Assembly (NCBI GenBank): GCA_043719965.1
Contig: JAYSTG010000188.1
Coordinates: 1 to 38,146, forward strand
Origin: Saprospiraceae bacterium
GTDB lineage: Bacteria; Bacteroidota; Bacteroidia; Chitinophagales; Saprospiraceae
Length of the DNA stretch: 38,146 bases
Direction: 5' to 3'
In this document: piece by piece, positions 14,397 to 24,200 of the stretch
Position numbering within the stretch: the first letter of the stretch is position 1
Layout: every line of letters starts with the position of its first letter
Translations under genes and position numbers: made by a program
Notes under the pieces: generated by a model
What the model saw: only the letters and a program-made list of their open reading frames with translations
What the model was told of the DNA's origin: nothing
The model's database searches: none

Positions 14397-15686
14397 TTAG
14401 GTTTTTGAACATTTGCTGATTGCTTCGACAAGGGTATCAAGGTCATGAGGTAGTGTGTACACATTAGGTGTAATCCGTACTCCTGAGATATTTTCCCACA
14501 CTATACCTACAGCATGAATCTTGAATTTTTCATATAAGAAAGAATCTACTTGAGCAGGTGTTTTACCATCTATTTGAAGCAATCCAATAGCGCAACCGTA
14601 TTGCGGATTCAACGATGTACCTACATGCACCCCTGGTATCTGTAGGGCTTTATTAGCCCAATAATTTTTAAGATAATGTAGCCTTTTCTGCTTTCGTTCT
14701 GCACCTATCATTTGATGAAATTGAATCGCCTGTCCTGTAGCCTGTTCGATATGAAAAGGTCGGGTACCTAAGTTCTCAAATTTTCTGATATCCTCACTTT
14801 CTGCATCAGGGGCTGCAAATAATGGGTATAGTTTTTTTATTTTATCTTTTTTTACGACTAATATTCCTGTACCAATAGGTGCTGACATCCATTTATGAAG
14901 ACTGGTACCAAAATAATCACACCCTAGATCAGACACAGAATAATCAAGCTGACCAAAGGAATGAGCTCCATCTACGACTACTTCAATATTTTTTTTGTGT
15001 GCTTCTTGTACTATAGCCTTGACCGGCATGATTTGTCCCATCCAGTTAATGACATGAGTGACATGGATAATCTTGGTAGCCGAGGTGATGGCTTGGACGA
15101 ATTTTTGAATAATGTCATTAGGGTTTTCAGTTGGAAGATTATGATCCAGCCATTTCAATGTTAAACCATCTCTCTTTTCTCTTTGCTTCCAGGCATTGAT
15201 CATATTAGGATAATCTTGTTTGCTCAAGATGACTTCATCTCCTTTTTGTAGTCGGAGTCCAAATATGACGGTCTCTAAGGCTTCCGAGGCATTGCGATGG
15301 AGAGCGACTTCCTCTGGTGATACGCCGGCAATTTCAGCAAGATTTTTGCGTAAAGGCTCTCGACCTTGGTCCAAAATCCGCCACATGTAATAAGATGGCG
15401 CTTCATTGCTAAGTCGAGCATATCGCTCTACCGCATCCTGGACCATTTTTGGTGCAGGCGCTACACCGCCATTATTCAAATTAATTAAGTTGGAACTTAC
15501 TGTAAAAGATAGTTGGATCATAGACCAAAAATCCTCATCGGTAGCCAATACATCAGAAGAGATATGACTGTAACTTTTGATGGGCTCCTCCATTCGATCC
15601 TGAGCAAGTCTATCTTGCCAAGGTATCATCATACCGATACCGCCAGCCAAGCCAGCTTGTTTGATAAAAGACCTTCTTGAGTTCAT
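14397..15686 (-). CDS. class-V aminotransferase-fold PLP enzyme (cysteine desulfurase/isopenicillin-N-epimerase-like) with a twin-arginine signal
   Basis: The N-terminal S-R-R-S-F-I-K followed by AGLAGGIGMM matches the Tat consensus. SLHKWMSAPIGTG contains the PLP lysine motif of fold-type I class V enzymes. Confidence 0.8.
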   Translation of the reverse strand: MNSRRSFIKQAGLAGGIGMMIPWQDRLAQDRMEEPIKSYSHISSDVLATDEDFWSMIQLSFTVSSNLINLNNGGVAPAPKMVQDAVERYARLSNEAPSYYMWRILDQGREPLRKNLAEIAGVSPEEVALHRNASEALETVIFGLRLQKGDEVILSKQDYPNMINAWKQREKRDGLTLKWLDHNLPTENPNDIIQKFVQAITSATKIIHVTHVINWMGQIMPVKAIVQEAHKKNIEVVVDGAHSFGQLDYSVSDLGCDYFGTSLHKWMSAPIGTGILVVKKDKIKKLYPLFAAPDAESEDIRKFENLGTRPFHIEQATGQAIQFHQMIGAERKQKRLHYLKNYWANKALQIPGVHVGTSLNPQYGCAIGLLQIDGKTPAQVDSFLYEKFKIHAVGIVWENISGVRITPNVYTLPHDLDTLVEAISKCSKT

Positions 15687-15690
15687 AGAT

Positions 15691-15729
15691 GTAATAAAAA
15701 ATCCTCACCACTGTATTGTGATGAGGATT
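15691..15729 (-). terminator. intrinsic terminator downstream of the CHRD-repeat gene
   Basis: Arms at 15700-15711 (AATCCTCACCAC) and 15718-15729 (GTGATGAGGATT) pair at 11 of 12 positions around a 6-nt loop. On the minus strand the stem is followed by TTTTATTAC. It lies 23 nt past the stop of the 1097-aa gene. Confidence 0.55.
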
Positions 15730-15751
15730 CTAAGATAGAAAAAAATAAATT

Positions 15752-18700
15752 TTACTGCTTGATTATTTTGAAAAAGGCTACTTGCTGACCTTTTTGATAC
15801 AGTTGAATAAAGTGTGTACCCGGATTAAACCTGGAGATATCCACTTTGAATTGATTGAGTCCTTGAGTTACTTGTAATTTTTCATTTTTCAAGATTCTTC
15901 CAGAAAGGTCCACAATCTGCATATCCAGAGCTGTAGATTTTGCAGCCTCGATTTCTACAATGGCTGTATGAGCTGATGGAACAGGGAATACTGCCATAGC
16001 AAAAGATTTAATGAAGGCATCCTTGATATCAACCGATAGGGCACGCTGGAAGATAATGGGCGAAGCAGCTCCTACTATATTCAAGCTGCCGTCTGATACA
16101 ATTACTCTATTGTAAGTGGTGACACTTCCTCCTCTCGGTACCCCTGCAAGGGCCAGGGTACTGTCGATGCTACCAAACGTTATCCTGAATGTAGTGCTAC
16201 TTCCTAATGCAGTGACATTGGAAAGATTAAAATCTGGAAATAATGAACTCTGAAGTTTGTAAATGATGGCGTTACCATCTGGATCAGTAGCAGTAGTCCA
16301 ACTAGTAGATGCAGTAGAGTCTTTAAATCGAATATCCACTTTTATTGTATCCGTCGGACTCGGAGAAGTGATTGTAACCACTGCTGGGAAATTATTTGGA
16401 TCCGGTAATAATTGACCTCTTATTTCACCTCCTGCAGATGTAGTCGTATGGATATTGACATACATGCTCCCTGCATTTAACAAAGCAAGTTGATCTGCCG
16501 TTAGCACAAAAGAATTGCTATCTGCTGCAAAGAATCCACTTTTATTATCAGCATTGGTGGCCGCTTTTAAAGGAATTAATACTCCGCCATTTGCACCATT
16601 TACACCATTGTGTATATGAGAACCTCCTCCAATATTGCGGTTGAATTCACCCGTAAGCCCGGAAAACGAACCTGTCACTGTCAATCTGGTACCTAATAAT
16701 TCAGCTTTGACCGCTCCGGTACCTGCTCCACCTACTGCAGGTATTTCATTGATGCCACTTAAGCTAGAGGTAAAGTAGGCATTTGCAAGATTGAGGAATC
16801 CACCTCTGATCTCACCACCTGCTGCTTTAGTCGTATGAATATTTGAATACAATAATCTCTTTCTCAAAGAATCTATTCCACCTTCAGAAAATGTCAGCAC
16901 ATTGCTCGCTGGAAAATATACTCCAGCGGTACTATCAGCATTTAAGATTACAGAAAGTGCAGCTCTTATACCGCCATTGGTACCAGCTATTCCTCCATGG
17001 ATATGTGATCCACCAGCAATAGCAGGATTGAATTTTCCTTCAAGACTATTAAATGAACCGTGTACAATGACGGATCTTGAATTACCTGCCGGTACTTCCG
17101 CCATCAAACCTCCAACACCTTTGGTATTAACGGCAGGGCCTTCTGAAGCCCCACTCATGACAGAATGAAAATAAGCCGCAGCTTCACCATTTAGTTGTGC
17201 TCTAATTTCCCCTCCTGGGACTCTTGAAGTATGAATATTGGCATATATCCCTCTTCTCTTCAAGGTATCGATAAGCCCATTGCTCACCGTATAGGTATTA
17301 AGAGCAGCAGGATAAATAAGACTAAGACTATCAGCCGTAGGGAAGGATACACTCAAAGCAATCGCAACTCCACCATTCGTACCTACAGGGCCTTTATGCA
17401 GATGTGATATTCCACTCCTATTGGCTTTGTCCAATAAACCTTCAGCATATCCGGTTAGCGTGAGTCGGGTACCATTGAGCTCTGCAATTACGTTTCCTTT
17501 ACCTGTAGTAATAACAGGTTTGTTTTCTTGCATGCCTGAATAAAATCCAAACAAATAAAATTGACACTCGGGTAACAATTGGCCTCTAATCTCACCTCCA
17601 CCAAAATTTGCACTGTGGATATTGGCGTAAAGCCTTCGTGCAAATAAATCATCCAACAATGTACCAGTCAGTTTAAATGAATTGGAATCTCCTGCAAATA
17701 GACCACTTCGTAGGCTAGCATTGTTGTCTGACCTCATAACGAGTGCTATGCCTCCATTTTGACCAGCCATACCTCTATGAATATGTGCTCCACCATTGAC
17801 ATTGGTGGCAAGATTACTTTCTAATCCGGCAAAACTTCCGACTACAGACAAAGTAGAGTCCACGAGATAAGCTATGAGTCCACCAGATGCCTGAGTAGTT
17901 ACTGGTACCGATTCAGCAGCTCCTGAATAATTTGCTCTGAATCGAGCTATACTCATTGGAGTCATTTGTCCTCGAATTTCTCCTCCTCCGAATTGGTTGG
18001 TATGTACATTGGCATACAATTGATTTGCTTTTAAGGCTGTCAATTGTGCTGCAGTCAAAGCAAAGGTATTGTCCGTAGCTAAATATTGAGCGCTTGTACC
18101 TGAACTATCCAAAGTAGGTTTGAGTTCAAGTTGTATGCCTCCATTTTGTCCAGGGAAACCCAGGTGGATGTGACCTCCTTGGCGAATGCCAGTATTAATA
18201 CCGCTGGTAAGCTCTTTTACACTTCCTGAGATGATAAGGTTCGAACCTATTAATTCACCGACTAATGAACCCCTTGCAGAAGTCATTACAACAGGCACTT
18301 CATTACTTCCTAATAAATTCGTTTGATAATAGGCATCGGATTCTGGAACTAATTGACCTCTGATTTCACCACTGGGTGACAATGTGGTATGAATATTTGC
18401 ATAATAAGATCTCGAAACTAACAATGCTTTTTGATCAGCAGTCAATACAAATCTATTACTTATAGTACCGCTCTTTCTTAATGTATCTGCTGTCACAGTT
18501 AAATTTAATCGGACAGGACCACTAATACCTGCTAACCCTTGATGGAAATGTGCACCTCCATTCCAATCACCCCTGAGGTTTTTAAAACTTCCTGTGACTA
18601 TTAACGTGTCATCAACTAGCAAGGCTTTTATTTCTCCTGATCCAAAAGTGACAAATGGAAATTCCTCCTGGAGACCTGAAAGTTTGGCTAGATAAGTCTG

Positions 18701-19045
18701 ACCTACTTTTTTTTCTGCTACCTCTATGGAAGCTTTCATCCCACCTGATGCATGGGGTTCGCACACATAATATACAGTACCAGGTTTAGTCACGACAGCT
18801 AAACCTCCTCCAAATGGGATTAAAAATCCTCCGTTTGATGTAGAACCGTTAGCATCCCAAACCTGCTTGGAAACTTCAACAGCATTGTGGTTAGAGGCTA
18901 TTTGAAAACTAATAGTATCTCCTACAGTAGCATTAGCGACTCTCGGTGAAAATGCAAAGCCATTGGTCACGATTACCACTCTGGTAGCATGGCCGAGTTG
19001 AAGTAATAAGCATAAGTTCAAACAAACAAAAAATATTTTTTTCAT
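15752..19045 (-). CDS. secreted multidomain protein: signal peptide, cupredoxin (type-1 copper) domain, six CHRD domains, unassigned beta-rich domain, T9SS C-terminal sorting domain
   Basis: Signal peptide in aa 1-20. The cupredoxin has ligands H53 (SNHNAVEV) and C95-x2-H98-x4-M103 (YYVCEPHASGGMKA). Six ~125-aa units each end in [YS]xN[IV]H[TS]...GGEIR[GA]Q. The C-terminal ~85 aa (VFPVPSAHTAIVEIE...DLSGRIL...GTHFIQL...FFKIIKQ) resemble a Por/T9SS CTD. Confidence 0.85.
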   Translation of the reverse strand: MKKIFFVCLNLCLLLQLGHATRVVIVTNGFAFSPRVANATVGDTISFQIASNHNAVEVSKQVWDANGSTSNGGFLIPFGGGLAVVTKPGTVYYVCEPHASGGMKASIEVAEKKVGQTYLAKLSGLQEEFPFVTFGSGEIKALLVDDTLIVTGSFKNLRGDWNGGAHFHQGLAGISGPVRLNLTVTADTLRKSGTISNRFVLTADQKALLVSRSYYANIHTTLSPSGEIRGQLVPESDAYYQTNLLGSNEVPVVMTSARGSLVGELIGSNLIISGSVKELTSGINTGIRQGGHIHLGFPGQNGGIQLELKPTLDSSGTSAQYLATDNTFALTAAQLTALKANQLYANVHTNQFGGGEIRGQMTPMSIARFRANYSGAAESVPVTTQASGGLIAYLVDSTLSVVGSFAGLESNLATNVNGGAHIHRGMAGQNGGIALVMRSDNNASLRSGLFAGDSNSFKLTGTLLDDLFARRLYANIHSANFGGGEIRGQLLPECQFYLFGFYSGMQENKPVITTGKGNVIAELNGTRLTLTGYAEGLLDKANRSGISHLHKGPVGTNGGVAIALSVSFPTADSLSLIYPAALNTYTVSNGLIDTLKRRGIYANIHTSRVPGGEIRAQLNGEAAAYFHSVMSGASEGPAVNTKGVGGLMAEVPAGNSRSVIVHGSFNSLEGKFNPAIAGGSHIHGGIAGTNGGIRAALSVILNADSTAGVYFPASNVLTFSEGGIDSLRKRLLYSNIHTTKAAGGEIRGGFLNLANAYFTSSLSGINEIPAVGGAGTGAVKAELLGTRLTVTGSFSGLTGEFNRNIGGGSHIHNGVNGANGGVLIPLKAATNADNKSGFFAADSNSFVLTADQLALLNAGSMYVNIHTTTSAGGEIRGQLLPDPNNFPAVVTITSPSPTDTIKVDIRFKDSTASTSWTTATDPDGNAIIYKLQSSLFPDFNLSNVTALGSSTTFRITFGSIDSTLALAGVPRGGSVTTYNRVIVSDGSLNIVGAASPIIFQRALSVDIKDAFIKSFAMAVFPVPSAHTAIVEIEAAKSTALDMQIVDLSGRILKNEKLQVTQGLNQFKVDISRFNPGTHFIQLYQKGQQVAFFKIIKQ
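16406..18700 (-). repeat. six tandem CHRD-domain coding units (protein-level repeats, aa ~116-880 of the 1097-aa protein)
   Basis: The repeat ends are YYANIHTTLSPSGEIRGQL, LYANVHTNQFGGGEIRGQM, LYANIHSANFGGGEIRGQL, IYANIHTSRVPGGEIRAQL, LYSNIHTTKAAGGEIRGGF and MYVNIHTTTSAGGEIRGQL. Each unit also has an internal H-x-H-x-G motif: AHFHQG, GHIHLG, AHIHRG, SHLHKG, SHIHGG, SHIHNG. The units are diverged at the DNA level. Confidence 0.8.
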
Positions 19046-19179
19046 AAATACTGAGGTTTTATTAAGGTTATAACGAAGAATGGTTAAGAAAAGTCTAACA
19101 GAAAATTATTAAAAGCTAAAAAATAACGTATATGTAATATATTTAATGCGTAATTCTTTCAAAATTTGGATTTTAACAT

Positions 19180-19803
19180 ATGGAAAAAACTTTAATATTT
19201 GACCTAGGTGGGGTGCTTATTGACTGGAATCCGCGATATTTATATCAGTCAGTCTTTGATAAGGAGTCGGATATGAATTTTTTTTTAAATAATATCTGCA
19301 CCAAGGACTGGAATGAATTGCAGGATGCTGGGCGATCTATAGACGAAGCAACAACTATATTATGTAATCATTTTCCAGAGCATGAAACCAACATCAAGCT
19401 CTACTATAATCAATGGGAAAGCATGCTGAAGGGATCTATCAATGAGACCGTCAAGATACTACAAGCCTTAAAAAATCAAGGGTTTCGATTGCTTGCTTTG
19501 ACTAACTGGTCAGCAGAAACCTTCCCTGTGGCTTTGGAGAGATTTGACTTCCTGCATTGGTTTGAAGGTATTCTCGTTTCTGGTATAGAAAAACTCAAAA
19601 AACCTGATCCAGCCATATTTAATCTGCTCATCAAGCGATACACTTTAGATCCTGCTCAATCTATATTTATAGATGATAATATTAAAAACATTTCCGCAGC
19701 CAATTCAGTGGGCTTGGATGGTATTCATTTTAAATCTCCTTATTTATTGACTTTACAACTTGCTGAACGAGGTATTGCAATTGAGGGGGAAAGTATTACT
19801 TAG
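19180..19803 (+). CDS. HAD-superfamily hydrolase, subfamily IA (phosphatase/dehalogenase-like)
   Basis: LIFDLGGVLIDW (motif I, DxG variant), LTNWS (motif II), KKPDPAIF (motif III Lys) and FIDDNIKN (motif IV). Confidence 0.8.
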   Translation: MEKTLIFDLGGVLIDWNPRYLYQSVFDKESDMNFFLNNICTKDWNELQDAGRSIDEATTILCNHFPEHETNIKLYYNQWESMLKGSINETVKILQALKNQGFRLLALTNWSAETFPVALERFDFLHWFEGILVSGIEKLKKPDPAIFNLLIKRYTLDPAQSIFIDDNIKNISAANSVGLDGIHFKSPYLLTLQLAERGIAIEGESIT

Positions 19804-21220
19804 ATAAGAATTGGTCTACCGCAATAGCCGCTTGTCGACCTTCTGCAATAGCCCAGACGACTAAACTTTGACCTCGACGCATATCACCCGCTGAGAAAAC
19901 TTTAGGATTGGAAGATTGGTAATTTTGATCTGCCACATTACCTCTGTTATCTACTTGTAGTGCCAGGTCTTGCAACATACCTTCAAATTGCGGATGTAGA
20001 TATCCCATGGCTAAGAATACCAAATCACAAGGGATATTTTTTTCAGTACCTGCTTTTTCAATCATTTTATTTTGACCACTTTCGGGATCAGTCTTCCACT
20101 CCACTTCTATCACTTGTAGCGATTGCACTTGGCCACGATCATTTGATTTAAACGCTTTGCTCAATATCGCCCATTGCCTTTCACATCCTTCCTCATGAGA
20201 GGAAGAGGTACGCAGAATCATGGGCCAGAGTGGCCATGGATTATCAATAGCTCTATCTTCGGGTGGTTTGGTGAGTAATTCTATTTGGACTACTTGTTGA
20301 GCTTCTAATCTTACACTATTGCCTACGCAGTCTGACCCTGTGTCTCCACCTCCGATGACTAAAACATTCTTTCCTTTTGGATTGATTTCGGTAGCGGGAT
20401 TTATATTTAGTCCAGCATTTCGCCGATTGCATTGTTCCAAATACTCCATTGCAAAATGTATTCCTTTAAGTTCCCGCCCAGGTACAGGTAGGTCACGAGG
20501 TATAGTAGATCCTCCACATAAAACTACTGCATCATGAGTATTCACTAAAGATTTAGTATCAATGTCTTTACCCACGTAAGCTTGGGTTTTGAATATCACG
20601 CCTTCATCCTGCATGATTTTTATTCTACGATCAATCACCCATTTTTCCAACTTGAAATCAGGAATACCATAGCGAAGAAGACCGCCAATCTTGTCATTAC
20701 GTTCATATACTGTGACTTCGTGTCCACTTTGATTTAATTGATCGGCACATGCCAAACCGGAGGGTCCAGAACCTATGACTGCAATTTTTTTATTCGTACG
20801 AAACGTAGGCGGATTCGAGACTGCATATCCAGCCTCATAGGCTTTCTCTATGATGGCTTTTTCTATATGTTCTATAGCTACCGGGGAAGAATGTAATCCT
20901 AATACACAACTCGCTTCGCAAGGGGCTGGACAAATGCGACCCGTGAATTCTGGAAAATTATTTGTACTCTTCAGTATAGTGTAAGCTTCTTTCCATTCTT
21001 CTCGATATACGGCATCATTAAAGTCTGGAATGACATTGCCCAGTGGACATCCGCTATGACAAAATGGTACTCCACAATCCATACATCGGGAGGCCTGATT
21101 ATGAGTGAGTGTTTTGTCATAGGGTTGATAGATTTCTTTACAATCTTTTACTCGTTCCACTACAGGACGCGATGTAGGAAGGACTCTATCGTATTTTAAA
21201 AACCCTCTTGGATCTGCCAT
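19796..21220 (-). CDS. gltD: glutamate synthase (NADPH) small subunit
   Basis: N-terminal Fe-S cysteines (CMDCGVPFC...GCP), FAD/NAD Rossmann motifs IAVIGSGPSGLACA and VLVIGGGDTGSDC, and the C-terminal FSAGDMRRGQSLVVWAI. It lies directly downstream of gltB. Confidence 0.95.
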   Translation of the reverse strand: MADPRGFLKYDRVLPTSRPVVERVKDCKEIYQPYDKTLTHNQASRCMDCGVPFCHSGCPLGNVIPDFNDAVYREEWKEAYTILKSTNNFPEFTGRICPAPCEASCVLGLHSSPVAIEHIEKAIIEKAYEAGYAVSNPPTFRTNKKIAVIGSGPSGLACADQLNQSGHEVTVYERNDKIGGLLRYGIPDFKLEKWVIDRRIKIMQDEGVIFKTQAYVGKDIDTKSLVNTHDAVVLCGGSTIPRDLPVPGRELKGIHFAMEYLEQCNRRNAGLNINPATEINPKGKNVLVIGGGDTGSDCVGNSVRLEAQQVVQIELLTKPPEDRAIDNPWPLWPMILRTSSSHEEGCERQWAILSKAFKSNDRGQVQSLQVIEVEWKTDPESGQNKMIEKAGTEKNIPCDLVFLAMGYLHPQFEGMLQDLALQVDNRGNVADQNYQSSNPKVFSAGDMRRGQSLVVWAIAEGRQAAIAVDQFLSK

Positions 21221-21224
21221 CTTT

Positions 21225-24200
21225 TTATTTGCTTATCGTTACCAATTCTATTTCTGCTTTCTGCTTTTGTTCCATCACCTTTTTATAATCTGTCGGCATT
21301 ACCTTGACGAAATCATCTTTGAGTATATCCCAGTTTTCAAGAATCTCTAAGGCAGTGCGACTTGAAGTAAAGGTGAAGTGGTTCCTCAATAAGGCTCTGA
21401 TTTCTTCGAAGTCTGCAGCAGAAGGCATTTCAAGTTCGACCATTTCTTTGTTGCATTTCTTCTCAATATCCTCCCAAGTAGTTCGCACATAGGCTATACC
21501 ACCACTCATACCTGCAGCAAAGTTTTTTCCAATACTGCCTATGACGATGACTCGGCCTCCTGTCATATACTCACATCCATGATCTCCTACACCTTCCACG
21601 ACTGCAGAGGCTCCTGAATTTCTAACTGCAAATCGCTCGCCAGCCATCCCTTTGATATATACTTCGCCAGAAGTAGCACCGTATAAAGCCACATTCCCAA
21701 CAATGATGTTTTTGGCAGGATCAAAGGTGTTTTTTCTATCAGGACTTACTACAATGGTCGCTCCAGAAAGTCCTTTGCATAAATAATCATTAGATTCACC
21801 TTCAAGTATAAAATGTAATCCTTTAGCAGCGAATGCTCCAAAACTCTGTCCTGCAGATCCCCTGAAACGATACCTAATAGTACCGACGGGTAAACCGGCA
21901 TCTTTATATCGCTTGCTGATTTCAAAAGAAAGCATTGTACCAGTAGCTCGATCCGTATTTTTAATATTAAATATACCAGTAATATGTTTTTTATGATCCA
22001 AAGCTGGCTTTGCGTGTTCTATTAATGAGCGATCCAAGATATCTTTAATACCATGATCTTGCTCTACACTTTTGAAAGTTCCAACTCCAGATTCTAATGG
22101 TTCTTGAAATAAAATAGGATTTAAATCCAAATATTGGGTTTTCCAATTTTGATTGGGTTTCCATTCTAAAAGCTCGGTGTGCCCAACCATTTCATTGATC
22201 GTACGAAATCCTAAGGTTGCCATGATTTCTCTCATTTCTTTTGCAAGGAAAGTAAAAAATGAAATGACATGTTCGGCCTTGCCATGAAATTTTTTTCTCA
22301 ATTCAGGATCTTGAGTTGCAATCCCTACTGGGCAGGTATTGAGATGACATTTACGCATCAATATGCAGCCTTCTACCACTAATGCAGCTGTAGCAATGCC
22401 CCATTCTTCTGCACCCAACAAGGTCGCTACGATTAGGTCTTTACCAGTCCTTATTTGACCATCGCTTTGCAGGACGACCCTGTCTCTCAATTTGTTTTTA
22501 AGTAAAGTCTGATGTGACTCAGCCAGTCCCAACTCCCAAGGTAGGCCTGCATGTCTTATACTAGTTAAAGGAGAAGCGCCTGTACCTCCATCATGGCCGG
22601 AGATAAGAATGACATCTGCATGTGCCTTAGCTACTCCACTGGCTATGATACCTACACCTGCTTTTGAGACTAATTTGACGGATATTCTTGCATCTCGATT
22701 TGCATTTTTTAGATCAAAGATGAGTTGTGCTAAATCTTCTATAGAGTAAATATCATGATGGGGTGGTGGAGAGATTAGTCCTACACCAGGAGTGGAGTGT
22801 CTTACTTTGCCGATCCAATCATTCACTTTATATCCTGGTAGCTCACCACCTTCACCAGGTTTAGCGCCTTGAGCCATTTTGATTTGTAATTCTTCAGCTT
22901 CACTTAAATAATAACTGGTAGCGCCAAATCTTCCTGAAGCCACCTGTTTGATAGCTGACCTCATGTAATCGCCATTGGGTAATCGCTCATACCGTATCTG
23001 ATCTTCGCCACCTTCGCCACTATTGCTTTTAGCTCCTATGCGATTCATAGCGATAGCGAGTGTGGTATGGGCCTCATAACTAATCGATCCAAAAGACATG
23101 GCTCCTGTGGCAAATCTTTTAAGGATATTTTCTATAGGCTCTACCTCTTCAAGGGGTATGGCGCTACCTTCTTTAAATTTAAAGAGCCCTCTTAACGTAG
23201 TTGCTTGTTTATCCTGGCGATCAATTACACTTGAATATTTCTTGAATATTTTATAATCATTTAGTTGAGTAGACATTTGAAGCAAATGAATACTTTCAGG
23301 ATTAAATAAATGATGTTCTCCATCGCGCTTCCACTGATAGATACCACCATCTCTTAAGGCTTGTTTTGGTTGGATTTGATATCGTTCTTTGATTTCTCGT
23401 TGTATACCTTCGAAATCTAATCCTCCGATTCTGGATGCTGTACCTTTAAAACATTTTTCAATGACAGCACTCCCGATACCTACTGCTTCAAAGATTTGAG
23501 CCCCTTGATAAGATTGTAAAGTGGAAATACCATTTTTAGCCATGATTTTCAGTAGACTCTTTTCGAGGCCTTTTATGAATTTCTTTTCTTGATCTTTATA
23601 TTCTTTTGGTAGAATAGGGCTTTCTGTTAACCACACGGACTCCATAGCAAGGTAGGGATGAATGGCGTTAGCTCCATATCCGAATAATACGGCAAAATGA
23701 TGTGATTCCCAGATATCGGCCGCCTGGATGACCAGAGATGTTTTACTTCTCAGCGCTGTTTGGATTAAATGATGATGGATAGCTCCAGTCGCCATCATAC
23801 TGGGAATAGCAGCCTTTCCATAAGTAATCCTTGTATCTGAAAGGATTAAGATATTATGACCGGATGCCACTAGTTTTTCAGCTTGCATGCATAAAGCATT
23901 GATAGCGGACTCTAGCGAATAGGGTCGAGAAAGTTCATAAATAGTCGACAGGGTTCCGACTTTAAAATCAACATGATTTATGGTTTGAATTTTTGCAAAA
24001 TCATAGTGTGATAATACAGGATGTTCAAGATAGATGAATGCGGCCAAGTCTTCGTCTGCTTTTAGGATGTTGCCTGAAGCTCCGAGTCGACTAGTAAAGG
24101 CCATGACACTACGCTCGCGTAATGAATCAATCGGTGGATTAGTGACTTGCGCAAATAATTGTTTGAAATAATTCGCCAAGTGTTGAGGTTTGTCAGAAAG

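Noticed and set aside
16406-18700. CHRD repeat array as a DNA-level tandem repeat that might recombine or vary in copy number.
   Set aside because: The six units share protein motifs but are clearly diverged in nucleotide sequence, and I saw no long identical stretches. The repeat is old and protein-level only.
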